Part shown: piece by piece, positions 1-10,521 of the stretch
How positions within the stretch are numbered: position 1 is the first letter of the stretch
Layout of the letters: the number at the start of each line of letters is the position of its first letter
Origin: an uncultured Actinomycetales bacterium
GTDB lineage: Bacteria > Actinomycetota > Actinomycetes > CAXTBU01
Assembly (NCBI GenBank): GCA_964242885.1
Contig: CAXTBU010000001.1
Coordinates: forward strand, 22,454-86,453
Length of the DNA stretch: 64,000 nucleotides
Reading direction: 5' to 3'
Translations under genes and position numbers: made by a program
The notes under the pieces: model-generated
Told to the model about the DNA's origin: nothing
Databases searched by the model: none
Seen by the model: the letters and a program-made list of their open reading frames with translations, nothing else

Positions 1-664
1 GGATCGACACGTCGAGTGCCGACACCGGCTCGTCGGCGATGATCAGCTTGGGCCGCAACGACAGCGCGCGGGCGATCCCGATCCGCTGACGCTGACCGCC
101 GGAGAACTCGTGCGGGTACCGGTTGTAGTGCTCCGGGTTCAGCCCGACGATCTCCAGCAGCTCCTGGACGCGCGCCTTGATCCCGCGCTCGGGGTTGATC
201 CCGTTCATCTGCATCGGCATCGCGACGATCGACCCGACGGTGTGCCGCGGGTTCAGCGCGCTGAACGGGTCCTGGAAGATGATCTGCAGGTCCTTGCGCA
301 GCGGGCGCATCTGCGCCGTCTTCAGGTGCGTGATGTCCCGGCCGTCGAAGACGATCTTGCCGTCGGTCGGCTCGAGCAGGCGCACGAGCATCCGGCCCAG
401 CGTCGACTTGCCGCAACCGGACTCCCCCACCAGGCCGAGGGACTCCCCGCTGCCGACGGTGAAGTCGATGCCGTCCACGGCCCGCACCTGGCCGACCGTG
501 CGCTGGACGACGATGCCCTGCTTGACCGGGAACAGCTTGCGCAGGCCGGTGACCTGCAGCAGCTCCTCGCCGGCCTTGTCGGTCGTGAGCTTGGGCAGTG
601 TGGTCGGCGCGAGCCCGGCCGAGTGGGCGCCCGCACCGGAGGTGATCGTCGTCTGGTCGCTCAT
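1..664 (-). CDS. Peptide ABC transporter ATP-binding protein (OppF/DppF-like); N-terminus at 664, 3' end runs off window
   Basis: Minus-strand translation from ATG at 662-664: [12 protein letters not shown]...[16 protein letters not shown] (Walker A). ATGA overlap with the stop of the upstream ATPase gene. Not in ORF track because it is truncated by the window edge. Confidence 0.8.
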   Translation of the reverse strand, partial: MSDQTTITSGAGAHSAGLAPTTLPKLTTDKAGEELLQVTGLRKLFPVKQGIVVQRTVGQVRAVDGIDFTVGSGESLGLVGESGCGKSTLGRMLVRLLEPTDGKIVFDGRDITHLKTAQMRPLRKDLQIIFQDPFSALNPRHTVGSIVAMPMQMNGINPERGIKARVQELLEIVGLNPEHYNRYPHEFSGGQRQRIGIARALSLRPKLIIADEPVSALDVSI

Positions 665-1725
665 CGCGCACCCACCGCCTCTCGCTCGCCCGCCATTCGG
701 TCGCTGGAGTCCAGGTGGCAGGCCATGACGTGCTTGCCGCCGTCGACTGCCGGCCGCAGCTGCGGCGCTTCGGTCACGCACCGGTTGCCCTCGACCAGGT
801 GGCGCGCCGCGCAGCGGGTGTGGAAGGCGCAGCCGGACGGCTTGTTGATGAGAGACGGCGGCGCCCCGGCGATCGTCCGCAGCTGCTGGCTGACGTCGCC
901 GTCCATCCGCGGCATGGACTGCAGCAGACCCCAGGTGTAGGGGTGGTTCGGGTGCGTCAGGATGTCGCGCACCGACCCGTACTCCACACAGCTGCCGGCG
1001 TACATCACGAGGATGTCGTCACTGATCTCGGCCACCACGCCGAGGTCGTGGGTGATGACGATGATCGCCGAGCCGAACTCCTTCTGCAGGTCCCGCATCA
1101 GGTCGAGGATCTGCGCCTGCACCGTCACGTCGAGCGCGGTGGTCGGTTCGTCGGCGATCAGCAGCGACGGGTTGCAGACCAGTGCCATCGCGATGACGAC
1201 GCGCTGGCGCATGCCCCCGGAGAACTGGTGCGGGTGGTCCTTCACGCGCCGGTCCGGGTTGGGGATGCCGACCAGTTCCAGCATCTCGACGGCGCGGCGG
1301 AGCGCGGCCTTCTTCTCGCGGGGGTGGTGGACCGTGTACGCGTCGGCGATCTGCTTGCCGATGGTCTGGTAGGGGTTCAGCGCCGACAGCGGGTCCTGGA
1401 AGATCATGGCCATCTCCTGGCCCCGCAGCCGGCGGACCGTCTCCTCGCTGGCGCCGACCGTCTCGGTGCCGCCGACGGTCACCGTCCCGGTGAGCTCTGC
1501 GCGGCCGCCCTTGTGCAGCCCCATGATCGCCAGGCTGGTGACGCTCTTGCCCGAGCCCGACTCGCCGACGATGCCCAGGGTGCGTCCCTTGGCGAGGCTG
1601 AACGACAGGTGGTCCACGGCGTTGACGACGCCGTCCTCGGTGCGGAACCGCACCGAGAGGTCGTCGACCTGCAGGAACGGGTCCCCGGTGACGGTGGGGC
1701 GGGCGACCGGTGCGCTGACTGTCAC
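661..1725 (-). CDS. Peptide ABC transporter ATP-binding protein (OppD/DppD-like)
   Basis: ORF 661..2208 contains [15 protein letters not shown] (Walker A) and [15 protein letters not shown] (ABC signature). The first ~160 codons of the track ORF overlap the permease gene out of frame and are rejected. GTG start at 1723-1725 ([10 protein letters not shown]...) preceded by GGAGAG. Confidence 0.85.
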   Translation of the reverse strand: MTVSAPVARPTVTGDPFLQVDDLSVRFRTEDGVVNAVDHLSFSLAKGRTLGIVGESGSGKSVTSLAIMGLHKGGRAELTGTVTVGGTETVGASEETVRRLRGQEMAMIFQDPLSALNPYQTIGKQIADAYTVHHPREKKAALRRAVEMLELVGIPNPDRRVKDHPHQFSGGMRQRVVIAMALVCNPSLLIADEPTTALDVTVQAQILDLMRDLQKEFGSAIIVITHDLGVVAEISDDILVMYAGSCVEYGSVRDILTHPNHPYTWGLLQSMPRMDGDVSQQLRTIAGAPPSLINKPSGCAFHTRCAARHLVEGNRCVTEAPQLRPAVDGGKHVMACHLDSSDRMAGEREAVGAR

Positions 1726-1814
1726 GGGCTCTCCTAGTCGAAGCCGACGGAACGGGCTGACGGACCCCGTGACCGACCGCGTGGTGCCGGGTCGGCGGGG
1801 AGCGGGCCGATCCG

Positions 1815-2810
1815 TCAGGACAGGCGGACGCGGGGGTCGATGACCGCGTAGAACACGTCGACGATGACGTTGGCCACCACGATGAAGAAGGCGGCGAGCA
1901 GGACGGTACCCATGATCAGCGGCAGGTCGGTGTCGGCGATCGACTGGATCGCCAGCCGGCCGATCCCCTGGATGTTGAACACCGACTCGGTGATGACGGC
2001 ACCGCCGAGGAGGCCGGCGAGGTCCAGGCCGAACAGCGTGACGATCGGCGTGACGGCACCGCGCAGTCCCTGGCGCAGAGTGACGGTCGACTTGGGCAGG
2101 CCCTTGGCGCGCGCCGTCCGGATGAAGTCCTCCTGCAACGTCTCGAGCATCGAGGCGCGCATGAAGCGCGAGTAGCCGGCGGCGTAGAGCAGCGTCAGGG
2201 CGATCCACGGCAGGATCAGTCCCTGGAACCAGGCCCCCAGCCCGGCGGTCCCGAGCGGGTTGTACTGCGCCGCCGGGAAGATCTGCAGCTTGTAGACGAA
2301 GAGCAGCTGGAGCGCGAGGCCGAGGACGTACAGCGGCACCGAGTAGAAGAACAGCGAGACGCTCATCAACCCCTTGTCCACCGCACTGCCCCGCCGAAGG
2401 GCGGCCACCACCCCGATCCCGACCCCGACGACCAGGAACAGCACCGCCGACCCGATGGCGATCGAGATGGTGGCGGGCAGGGCCTCACCAAGGATTTTCC
2501 GTACCGGTTCGTATCGCTTGAAGGAGACGCCTAGACACGGCGCCGGACAAGCGGTGGTCTGACCGGATCCCGTAGCGACCTCATCGCCGGTGACCAGGTT
2601 CTTCATGTAGTCCGCGTACTGGACCGCGACCGGCCGGTTCAGGCCGAGCGCGGCGTTGATGGACGCGATCCGGTCGGGCGTGCAGGTCTTGCCGCACGCC
2701 AGGTCACCCGGGCTGGTCGGGAGCGCAAAGAAGACCGCGAAGGTGATCGCGCTGATGACGGCGAGCAGGACGACGGCCCCGAGGAGGCGCCGGATGATGT
2801 AGCGGACCAC
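1815..2810 (-). CDS. ABC transporter permease (OppB/DppB-like)
   Basis: 331 aa, begins MVRYIIRRLLGAVVLLAVIS, multiple TM segments, typical binding-protein-dependent transport inner-membrane component. Confidence 0.85.
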   Translation of the reverse strand: MVRYIIRRLLGAVVLLAVISAITFAVFFALPTSPGDLACGKTCTPDRIASINAALGLNRPVAVQYADYMKNLVTGDEVATGSGQTTACPAPCLGVSFKRYEPVRKILGEALPATISIAIGSAVLFLVVGVGIGVVAALRRGSAVDKGLMSVSLFFYSVPLYVLGLALQLLFVYKLQIFPAAQYNPLGTAGLGAWFQGLILPWIALTLLYAAGYSRFMRASMLETLQEDFIRTARAKGLPKSTVTLRQGLRGAVTPIVTLFGLDLAGLLGGAVITESVFNIQGIGRLAIQSIADTDLPLIMGTVLLAAFFIVVANVIVDVFYAVIDPRVRLS

Positions 2811-2937
2811 TCAGACCCCCGGTGTGGACGAGCACGGGACGACAGCAGCGGTGGGGCGACACCGGCTGGTCCGGTGCCGGCGGGTCGCCGCCGGCACCGG
2901 ACGCACGAACCGGTCGGGTCGTGCTGCGCAGGACCGG

Positions 2938-4632
2938 TCAGGCCTTGCTGATGTACGCGTTCGTCACGTCGACGGTGCCGAGCACCGGGGAGACGTAGGC
3001 ACCCTTCACCTTCGAGCCGATGATCGGCGCGACCTTGTAGACGAAGCGCGGTATGACCAGCGACTGCTCGACGATGTACTTGTTGATCTGCTGCCAGATC
3101 GGTAACGCCTCCGCCGAGGTCGGCTTGGCCAGAGCCTGCTCGATGAGCTTGTTGACCTGCGGGTCGTCGAGCTTTGCCTGGTTGGACGTCCCGTCGTACA
3201 GGTTTGCCCCGCCCTGGAAGAGCGGCGGGAAGATCGTCGACGCGTCGGGGATGTCGTAGCCCCAGGTACCGCTGACGAAATCGTACTTGTTCGCCAGGGT
3301 CGAAACGGTCTTGTAGTAGGCGCTGGAATCGATCGGCTTGATGACAACCGTGATCCCGATGCGCGCGAGCGCACTGACGATCGTCTGCGCCACCTGGATG
3401 TTCGTCGGCAGATTGCTGACCGCGTAGGTGACGGTGAGCGAAGTGACTCCGGCTTCCTGCAGCAGCTGCTTGGCCTTCTCCGGATTGCCCTCGTCACCGA
3501 TGTCGAATGTGTCCGGCACGTCCTCGAAGCCCTTGAGCGTGGTGGGAGCGAAGCTCTGGATCGGCTCGCGCAGCAGCGGGCCGCCGATCGCCTGGATCGA
3601 CGCCTTGGGGTTGAGGCCGTAGGCGATGGCGTTGCGGACCTTCACGTTCTTCAGCGCGGCCTGGTTCTGCTGGATGGCCAGGTAGTTCACGAAGATCGTC
3701 GTCGCGGTGAGGGTCCGGCTCTTCAGCGGCTCCTGGGTGACCTTGTTGATGTCGGCCGGCGTCGGGTCGTCGGAGAACATGACGTTCGTCCCGCCGTTGG
3801 TGTCCGAGATCAGGTCGTTGTCCAGGCGCGCCTCGTCCAGGCCCATGGTCATGACGATCTGCTGGAAGTTCTGGCTGCGCAGGGGGTCGGTGTCCTTGGA
3901 CCAGTTCGTGTCCTTGACCAGGACGATGCGGCTCTGCTTGTTGTAGCTCTGGAACTTGTACGGGCCCATCGTGACCGGGTTGAGGTCGTAGGACGCGCCC
4001 GTGTCCTTGGCCCGCGGGACCGGCACGAAGGTGTAAAGGGTCGCCAGCTGGTCCCAGTACCCGACGACCTGCTTGAGGTTGAAGGTGATCGTGGTGTCGT
4101 CCGGGACGACGATCGACGCCAGCGACCCCTTGGCCGGGCCGGCATAGGTGTCGGCACCGGCCAGGTAGAGCTTCGCGTACTGCGGGCCGTGGCTGATCGC
4201 CGGGTCCATGGACCGCTCGACGCCGTACTTGATGTCCCCGGCGGTGATCGGCGTACCGTCGGTGTACTTCAGGCCCGGCTTGATCTTGAACGTCCAGGTC
4301 TTGCCGCCGTTGCTGCTGACCGGTGCCTCGGCCGCGAGGTCCGGGACCAGCTCGTACGTGCCCTTCGCCGGGTCCTCCTTGTACGCCATCAGGGTGCGGT
4401 AGATCAGCCGGCCGAAGGAGGCGGAGTTCGTGATGTAGACCTGCTGCGGATCGAGGTACTCGAACGCCGTTGTCTGTTCGAGGTTGACGATGCCGCCCGG
4501 GTTGATGTCGTCGGCCGAGCCGCTGGCGGACGCACCGGGCGTGGCCGCGTCGCCGCCACCGCAGGCGGACACGACCGCCGACGTGGCCACGAGGGCGCCG
4601 GTCGACGCTATGAGACGCCTTCTGGAGATCAT
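2938..4632 (-). CDS. ABC transporter substrate-binding lipoprotein (family 5, peptide/nickel type)
   Basis: 564 aa; N-terminal MISRRRLIASTGALVATSAVVSACGGG (signal peptide + lipobox Cys); size and composition typical of OppA/DppA SBPs. Confidence 0.8.
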   Translation of the reverse strand: MISRRRLIASTGALVATSAVVSACGGGDAATPGASASGSADDINPGGIVNLEQTTAFEYLDPQQVYITNSASFGRLIYRTLMAYKEDPAKGTYELVPDLAAEAPVSSNGGKTWTFKIKPGLKYTDGTPITAGDIKYGVERSMDPAISHGPQYAKLYLAGADTYAGPAKGSLASIVVPDDTTITFNLKQVVGYWDQLATLYTFVPVPRAKDTGASYDLNPVTMGPYKFQSYNKQSRIVLVKDTNWSKDTDPLRSQNFQQIVMTMGLDEARLDNDLISDTNGGTNVMFSDDPTPADINKVTQEPLKSRTLTATTIFVNYLAIQQNQAALKNVKVRNAIAYGLNPKASIQAIGGPLLREPIQSFAPTTLKGFEDVPDTFDIGDEGNPEKAKQLLQEAGVTSLTVTYAVSNLPTNIQVAQTIVSALARIGITVVIKPIDSSAYYKTVSTLANKYDFVSGTWGYDIPDASTIFPPLFQGGANLYDGTSNQAKLDDPQVNKLIEQALAKPTSAEALPIWQQINKYIVEQSLVIPRFVYKVAPIIGSKVKGAYVSPVLGTVDVTNAYISKA

Positions 4633-4729
4633 GCGTAGAGCCCTTCTGTCATCGGCAGGAAGATGCCGTCGGGCGGACGGGAGCGCTGACGCCCTCGTCC
4701 GCGGGTGGGAGACCCGGCGGTTGACCGGA

Positions 4730-5761
4730 TCAGCGGGACGACTTGGGGTCCAGGGCGTCCCGGATGCTGTCGCCCAGGAGGTTGAAGGCGAGCACGAGGA
4801 CGACGATGACCACGCCGGGGAACACGAAGTACATCGGGTCCGCGCTGATCCACTGGACCGAGCGCTGCAGCGTGCGGCCGAGGTCGGGGATGGGCTCCTG
4901 GATGCCGACGCCGAGGAAGCTCAGCGCGGCGGTCGTGGTGACAAGTGCTGGGACGTTCAGCGACACCGAGATCAGGATCGGCGCCCACAGGTTCGGCAGC
5001 AGCTGCTTGAAGATGATGTGGCCGTTGCCCGCGCCCATCGCCCGCGCCGCCTCGATGAACTCTCGGTCGCGGAGCACCACTGTCTGGCCCCTCATCAGCC
5101 GGGACAGTCCCGCCCAGCCGAACAGCGTCAGCAAGATGAGCAGCAGGATGAGCCGAACTCCGTTGCCAGATTTGTTCGGGTCCGGTTCGAACTTGATGAC
5201 CAGCACCGGGATGATCGCGATGAGGAACAGCAGTGTCGGGAACGCCAGGAACAGGTCCATCACCCGGGAGATCGCGCCGTCGGCCCAGCCGCGGGCGTAG
5301 CCGGCGGTGATGCCGGCGATGACGCCGATGATCGTCGCGGCGACGGTGACGGCGACCGCGATGCCCAGTGATGTCCGCATCCCGATGAGCACCTGGCCCA
5401 ACAGGTCCCGCCCGAGCTGCGGCTCCACCCCGAACGGGTGGTCGGCGGAGATGCCGCCGAGGCGCCCGAGGGGTGACCCCGACTCGTCCAGCAAGTTGTT
5501 GTTCTGGGCATTGCGGTCGATGCCCAGCAGGCGCAGCCACAGCGGACCGGTGAGTGCCAGGAAGACGTAGAGCGCCAGGACGATCGCCGACACCATCGCG
5601 AGCCGGTCGCGCCGCAGGCGCCGCCAGGCCAGTTGGCCCGGTGACCTTCCGCGGATCGGCGCGGTGCCGACCGCCTCACCCATCACCTCACCCGAACCGG
5701 TGCCGGTGGCCAGGTCGGTCCGGCCGGCCGCCGCCGGTTCGGTCGCCGGGGTGATCGTCAC
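4730..5761 (-). CDS. ABC transporter permease (OppC/DppC-like)
   Basis: 343 aa; LAWRRLRRDRLAMVSAIVLALYVFLAL... typical OppC N-terminal region, multiple TM helices, conserved EAA-like loop region (EFIEAARAMGAG). Confidence 0.8.
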   Translation of the reverse strand: MTITPATEPAAAGRTDLATGTGSGEVMGEAVGTAPIRGRSPGQLAWRRLRRDRLAMVSAIVLALYVFLALTGPLWLRLLGIDRNAQNNNLLDESGSPLGRLGGISADHPFGVEPQLGRDLLGQVLIGMRTSLGIAVAVTVAATIIGVIAGITAGYARGWADGAISRVMDLFLAFPTLLFLIAIIPVLVIKFEPDPNKSGNGVRLILLLILLTLFGWAGLSRLMRGQTVVLRDREFIEAARAMGAGNGHIIFKQLLPNLWAPILISVSLNVPALVTTTAALSFLGVGIQEPIPDLGRTLQRSVQWISADPMYFVFPGVVIVVLVLAFNLLGDSIRDALDPKSSR

Positions 5762-6056
5762 AGATCGGTCTCCTCGGGTCGGCGAGTGAGGCGCAGCGGA
5801 TGACGCGGACGAAACGGTGCGAGTGGTGCTGCCCGCCGACCCTCACCGGGACGGCCGGACGGACACCCGGCGTCTGCCAGGCGTCCAGGAGGCGAACTCG
5901 CTCAACGTACGTCAGCCGCTGGAGGCTCTGACTCACCCGGTAGGCGATGCGATGCAATCGTGACCGAAACAGCGCGATCGGGCACTCACGTGCTAACGCG
6001 GTTGTCGTGGTTCGCACGGGGCGTGGCACCGGGGTGGCGATGTCCTGCCGGCGGGC

Positions 6057-6551
6057 TCAGCTGGCGCCTCCGGCCGGACGCGTCGGCCCCGTGCCCGCCC
6101 GGCCGATCACTGACGAGCCGGCGAGCAGGTCGGCCAGCGGTGCGAGCAACGGCCGGTCGGGGGCGAGCCACCCGAGAGCCGTCAGTTCTCCGGCGGACAC
6201 CCACCGCAACTCGTCGTGGGACCCGGTCACCGCGGGCTCGCCGCAGGTGAGAGCCGCGGTGAACACCCGCAGGACCAGCCCGGGCCGGATCACCACCTCG
6301 CCCAGCCAGCCGGTCAGCACGACCTCGACACCCAGTTCTTCCCGGGCCTCGCGCACGGCGGCCACCTCCGGTGTCTCACCGGGCTCGACCGAGCCGCCCG
6401 GGAACTCCCACCCGCCGCGGACGGCCGGCGGGCCGACCCGGCGACCGGCGAGGACCCGGCCGTCGCGCACGATGGCGACCGCGGCGACGATCCGGTCGGT
6501 CGAACACGGGGTGGCGCTCACGGCGCGGGACGTTACCGGCGGTGTCGCCAT
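6057..6551 (-). CDS. NUDIX hydrolase (MutT-like)
   Basis: NUDIX box [29 protein letters not shown]. Start chosen at ATG 6549-6551 (MATPPVTS...); the track ORF begins 30 nt further upstream. Confidence 0.75.
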   Translation of the reverse strand: MATPPVTSRAVSATPCSTDRIVAAVAIVRDGRVLAGRRVGPPAVRGGWEFPGGSVEPGETPEVAAVREAREELGVEVVLTGWLGEVVIRPGLVLRVFTAALTCGEPAVTGSHDELRWVSAGELTALGWLAPDRPLLAPLADLLAGSSVIGRAGTGPTRPAGGAS

Positions 6552-6603
6552 CGCGGGCGGGACGGCAGGGCGCCCGCTCATCCGGTCTCACCGCAGTGGC
6601 CAC

Positions 6604-6634
6604 TTGCCAGACCCGCCCCGAGTGCTGGTATCCT
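6604..6634 (+). promoter_or_regulatory. Putative sigma-A-type promoter for the cold-shock gene (-35 TTGCCA 6604-6609, -10 TATCCT 6629-6634; 19-nt spacing, suboptimal)
   Basis: Hexamers read directly in sequence; located ~190 nt upstream of csp start, consistent with the long 5'UTR typical of cspA-family genes. Confidence 0.3.
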
Positions 6635-6821
6635 GCAAGTGGTTTGCAGGTGTTCCTCCCTCGTTCGTTGTGATCGAAGCGCCCGCGGATGTCCAGCAGG
6701 GCGCTTTTGTGCTGTCTGGGGCAACCCGGGTCGCGGGGCCCAGTCGGGCGGGGTCAGCGCCTGGAACCGCGGACCCGGCACAGTGCCGGGACTGCAGCAC
6801 CGGAACGACGAAGGAGAACAC

Positions 6822-7025
6822 ATGCCTCAGGGCACCGTTAAGTGGTTCAACCCCGAGAAGGGCTTCGGGTTCATCGCGCAGGACGGCGGCGGCGCCGACG
6901 TCTTCGTGCACTACTCCGCCATCATCGGCGAGGGTTACCGCGAGCTCTCGGAGAACCAGCGGGTGGAGTTCGACATCACCCAGGGCCAGAAGGGCCCGCA
7001 GGCCGACCAGGTCCGCGCGGTCTGA
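6822..7025 (+). CDS. cspA: Cold-shock protein (CspA family)
   Basis: [67 protein letters not shown]; RBS AAGGAGAA at 6811-6818; ATG 6822; TGA 7023-7025. Lies at the 3' end of an artefactual longer track ORF. Confidence 0.95.
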   Translation: MPQGTVKWFNPEKGFGFIAQDGGGADVFVHYSAIIGEGYRELSENQRVEFDITQGQKGPQADQVRAV

Positions 7026-7043
7026 GACCCACTCAGACGTCCC

Positions 7044-7081
7044 GACGGGGCGACCGGTGCGCAAGCACCGGTCGCCCCGTC
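7044..7081 (+). terminator. Intrinsic terminator-like hairpin after csp (17-bp perfect stem, GCAA tetraloop, no T-tract)
   Basis: gacggggcgaccggtgc-gcaa-gcaccggtcgccccgtc, read directly. Confidence 0.6.
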
Positions 7082-7193
7082 TGGTGTCTGGAGCAGCTCG
7101 CCGCGTTGTCCTCGGCCGAGTGGATGGCGCGGCCGCAGAGGTGACCGCGTCCTGTGTCGCCGTCGGTAGGCCTCGTCGGCACCGGCAGTGGCC

Positions 7194-7559
7194 TCAGTAG
7201 CTGAAGGTGTTGGCTGCTTCGTCGCCGATCCACTCCCACATCGGTACAGTTCCGCCGAGCGCGGCGTCGGGGACGAGGTCGTCCTTCGAGAGATGCCTGC
7301 TGTCGAAGCAGATCGGGCAGACCAGGTACCGGCCGCCGGCCGCGGCGTACCTGCTCACCAAGCCCTCCAGCGGTGGACACCCCTCGCAGGCTGTGCCGCG
7401 GGCGGTGGCTCCGGTGACGAGACGGACCGCCTCCTTGGTCAGGAACATCAGGGTTGGCCGTCCGCCCTCTGCGGAAGCCACGGCCACCAGGAAGGCGACG
7501 GTCACTCTTTCGGCGTCCTCCAGCCCAGTGCTCAGGCTGATCACTGTCTTCGTGCTCAT
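7194..7559 (-). CDS. DsrE/DsrF-like family protein
   Basis: 121 aa MSTKTVISLSTGLEDAERVTVAFLVAVASAEGG... size and pattern match DsrE/YchN-like proteins. Confidence 0.55.
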   Translation of the reverse strand: MSTKTVISLSTGLEDAERVTVAFLVAVASAEGGRPTLMFLTKEAVRLVTGATARGTACEGCPPLEGLVSRYAAAGGRYLVCPICFDSRHLSKDDLVPDAALGGTVPMWEWIGDEAANTFSY

Positions 7560-7619
7560 CCGGCTCCCTCGCTGCGGGTTTGTTCGGTCAGCGATGGTTG
7601 CGCGCAGGGCAGCCCCGGG

Positions 7620-9203
7620 TCATGGGGCAGCTGCCCCATCTCGAGAGCTGCCGACCAGCCCGTGCTCCACGGCGAACAGTGCGATGCCGGCCCGGTTGTT
7701 GACGCCGGCCTTGAGGTAGATGTGCTCGAGGTGGTTGCGGACGGTCTTCGAGCTGATCGACAGCCGACGGGCGACCTCCGTGCTGCTGCACCCACCCGCG
7801 ACCAACCCGAGCACCTGCACCTCGCGCGCCGTCAGGCCGCCGGGCCCGGAGACGCGGGCCGTCGTGGAGCGCCCGGCAACGGCGAGCACGGCGTCCACGG
7901 CCGCGGGGTCCAGCCGACCGACGCTCGCCTCGGCGCGTAGCCGGACGGACGCCTGCGCGGCCACCATCGCGGGACGATGAGGTCGGGCCTCGAGCGATCC
8001 GCGGTAGCTGTCGGCGGCCCCGAGGACTCGGTGCGTCATCGGCAGGGCTGATCCGCCGAGACCGCGGGGATAACCCGACCCGTCGATGCGTTCGCGATGG
8101 GTCTCGGCGATGGACGCCTCGACCTCGAGGCCGCGGACGCGGCTGAGGATGCGTCCCGTGAGGTAGGGGTAGAGCCGGATGCGCTCCTGGTCGGACTCGG
8201 TGAGTGGTCCGGACTTCTCCCACACCGAGTTGGGGACGCCCATACGTCCGAGGTCGTGCACCAGCCCGGCTCGTCGTACCCGGTCGACCTCGGCTCGCGG
8301 CAGCCCGAGTCGAGCCGCGGCAGCCGCGGCGAGGTCGGCGACCGCGCGGGCGTGCCCGATGGTGAACGGGCACTTGAGGTCGGCGAAGTCACCGATTGCG
8401 CTGAGCAACGAGTCGAGCTCCGCACCACGGAGCACGAGGCCGCGGTCGGGCGCGAGATCGATCGCGCGTGACCACACGTCCTGCTCGGGGAGCGCGTCGA
8501 TCAGGCTCCGGGACCGGTGCAACGCCTCCACGAGGCGTGGGTCGAACTGCTTGCCGCTGCGCTGTCGGGCCATGGCGAGTGCGCCCGACGTGCCGTGGAG
8601 TCGTTGATGCACCTCGCAGGTCTCGGCCAGCTGCACCACACGAGTCGCCAAGGGGATCTCCTCACCGCGTCGGCCTCTGGGGAGTCCGCTTCCGTCCCAT
8701 CGCTCGAAGGCGCACTCGACGGCCTCCCGCACTCGGGCGTGCAGGCCGATTCGCTCGGCCATCAGGCCCGCGGACAGGCAGTGCGAGTGGATCAGCGCCG
8801 ACATGCGGGTCCGCGTGGTGAGAAGCAGGGTGAGCACCATCCGGGTCCGCTCGCGCGCGGGTGTGCCTGACCCGGCGTGCGTGAGGAGATGACGCAGGTA
8901 CGGGAGCCCAGCCCAGTCGAGCGCGTAGCTCCCACGGCGCATCGCCAGGTCGTCACCGAACCACCGGCTGAACTCGTGGGAGTCCGTGTGACACCCGATC
9001 CACAGCACGAGGTCGGTGTAGTAGACGGTCGCTCGTTGTTCCTCGTCCAGACCGAGCTGATCGGCGAGCATCGAGGACATCAGGCACGAACGCAGCATGT
9101 GCTCCATCGGCAACCCGAGTCCGAGGTCGATGGAGATCGAGAGGGCCGCCAGGACTTCGGCGCGACGTGCTCCAGGGTCGTGGTCCGCCGTCTGCGCCGG
9201 CAT
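7620..9203 (-). CDS. Transcriptional regulator with two HD/HD-GYP-like domains and a C-terminal LuxR-type HTH
   Basis: HDLGRMGVP...HHERIDGSGYP (HD-GYP), a degenerate upstream copy (HSHCLSAG...ERWDGSGLP), and a C-terminal LTAREVQVLGLVAGGCSSTEVARRLSISSKTVRNHLEHIY (LuxR HTH). Start moved to ATG 9201-9203 (MPAQTADH); the upstream part of the track ORF overlaps ychF. Confidence 0.7.
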   Translation of the reverse strand: MPAQTADHDPGARRAEVLAALSISIDLGLGLPMEHMLRSCLMSSMLADQLGLDEEQRATVYYTDLVLWIGCHTDSHEFSRWFGDDLAMRRGSYALDWAGLPYLRHLLTHAGSGTPARERTRMVLTLLLTTRTRMSALIHSHCLSAGLMAERIGLHARVREAVECAFERWDGSGLPRGRRGEEIPLATRVVQLAETCEVHQRLHGTSGALAMARQRSGKQFDPRLVEALHRSRSLIDALPEQDVWSRAIDLAPDRGLVLRGAELDSLLSAIGDFADLKCPFTIGHARAVADLAAAAAARLGLPRAEVDRVRRAGLVHDLGRMGVPNSVWEKSGPLTESDQERIRLYPYLTGRILSRVRGLEVEASIAETHRERIDGSGYPRGLGGSALPMTHRVLGAADSYRGSLEARPHRPAMVAAQASVRLRAEASVGRLDPAAVDAVLAVAGRSTTARVSGPGGLTAREVQVLGLVAGGCSSTEVARRLSISSKTVRNHLEHIYLKAGVNNRAGIALFAVEHGLVGSSRDGAAAP

Positions 9204-9430
9204 GACGGGAAGTCTGGCACGCCAGGGGCCCGTTGGACGGCGTCGGCGTTGGGCGCATCGGACAGGCAGAAGACCGCGGCGAGGACCTGTGCCAGGAGCA
9301 GAACGCCCCGGGGTCCGGACTCTCATGGGACAACTCTGGAGACGACAGCCCCACTCGACGCCACGACGGCTGTCACCCACCGGTGCCCGACAAGGTGACG
9401 CAGGCAGCCGACCCGCGGTGACGGGGTGTC

Positions 9431-10506
9431 TCAGACGTTGAAGCGGAACTCCACGACGTCGCCGTCGGCCATCACGTACTGCTTGCCCTCGATCCGCACC
9501 TGGCCACGGGCCCGGGCCTCGAGCATCGAACCCGCGGCGACCAGGTCGCCGTAGGAGACGACCTCGGCCTTGATGAACCCCCGCTGGAAGTCGGTGTGGA
9601 TCACCCCGGCCGCCTCGGGTGCCGTCGAGCCGGCGCGGATCGTCCACGCGCGGGACTCCTTCGGCCCCGCCGTGAGGAACGTCGCCAGCCCGAGGGTCTG
9701 GAACCCCACCGCGGCCAGCCGGTCCAGGCTCGGCTCGGCCATGCCGAGGTCGGCGAGCATGTCCGCCACGTCGGCCGGGTCCAGCTCCGACAGCTCGGAC
9801 TCGATCTTCGCGTCGAGGAACACCGCCGGCGCGGGCGCCACCAGGTCGGTGAGCGCCGTGCGACGCGCCTGGTCGGCCAGCGTCGCCTCGTCGCCGTTGA
9901 ACACGTGGATGAACGGCTTCGCGGTCAGCAACGAGAGTTCGCGCAGCGCGGCGGTGTCCAGGCCGGAGCCGAAGATGGTCGCGCCGTCGGCGAGCACCCG
10001 CTGTGCCTCCCGGAGCGCGTCCAGGAAGGCGGCGCGCTCCTTGTGCTGGCGGGCCTCCTTCTCCACCCGCGGCAGTGCCCGCTCGACCGTCTGCAGGTCG
10101 GCGAGGACCAGCTCGATGGTGATCGTCTCGATGTCGCGCTCGGCGCTGACGACCCCGTCGACGTGCGTGACGTCCGGGTCGTCGAAGATCCGGGTGACCT
10201 GGCAGATCGCGTCGGTCTCGCGGATGTTGGCCAGGAACGCGTTGCCCAGGCCCTCACCGGCGCTGGCACCGCGGACGATGCCGGCGATGTCCACGAAGGT
10301 CACGGTGGCCGGCACGGTCTTCACCGAGTCGAACAGCTCGGCCAGGACGGGCAGCCGCGCGTCCGGGACGTCGACGACGCCGACGTTGGGGTCGATCGTC
10401 GCGAACGGGTAGTTGGCGGCGAGGACACCCGCCCGGGTCAGCGCGTTGAACAACGTCGACTTGCCCGCGTTCGGCAGTCCGGTGATCCCGATCGACAACG
10501 CCACGT
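9431..10506 (-). CDS. ychF: Ribosome-binding ATPase YchF
   Basis: VALSIGITGLPNAGKSTLFNALT...TGC-like C-terminus; start GTG at 10504-10506; the upstream 180 codons of the track ORF are rejected (Arg/Pro-rich). Confidence 0.9.
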
Positions 10507-10521
10507 GGCAGAAGGTTACCG

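Noticed and set aside
661-2208. N-terminal 160 codons of the 515-aa ABC ATPase ORF
   Set aside because: They overlap the permease gene in another frame and lack ABC motifs; a GTG with GGAGAG RBS at 1725 gives a normal-length ATPase.
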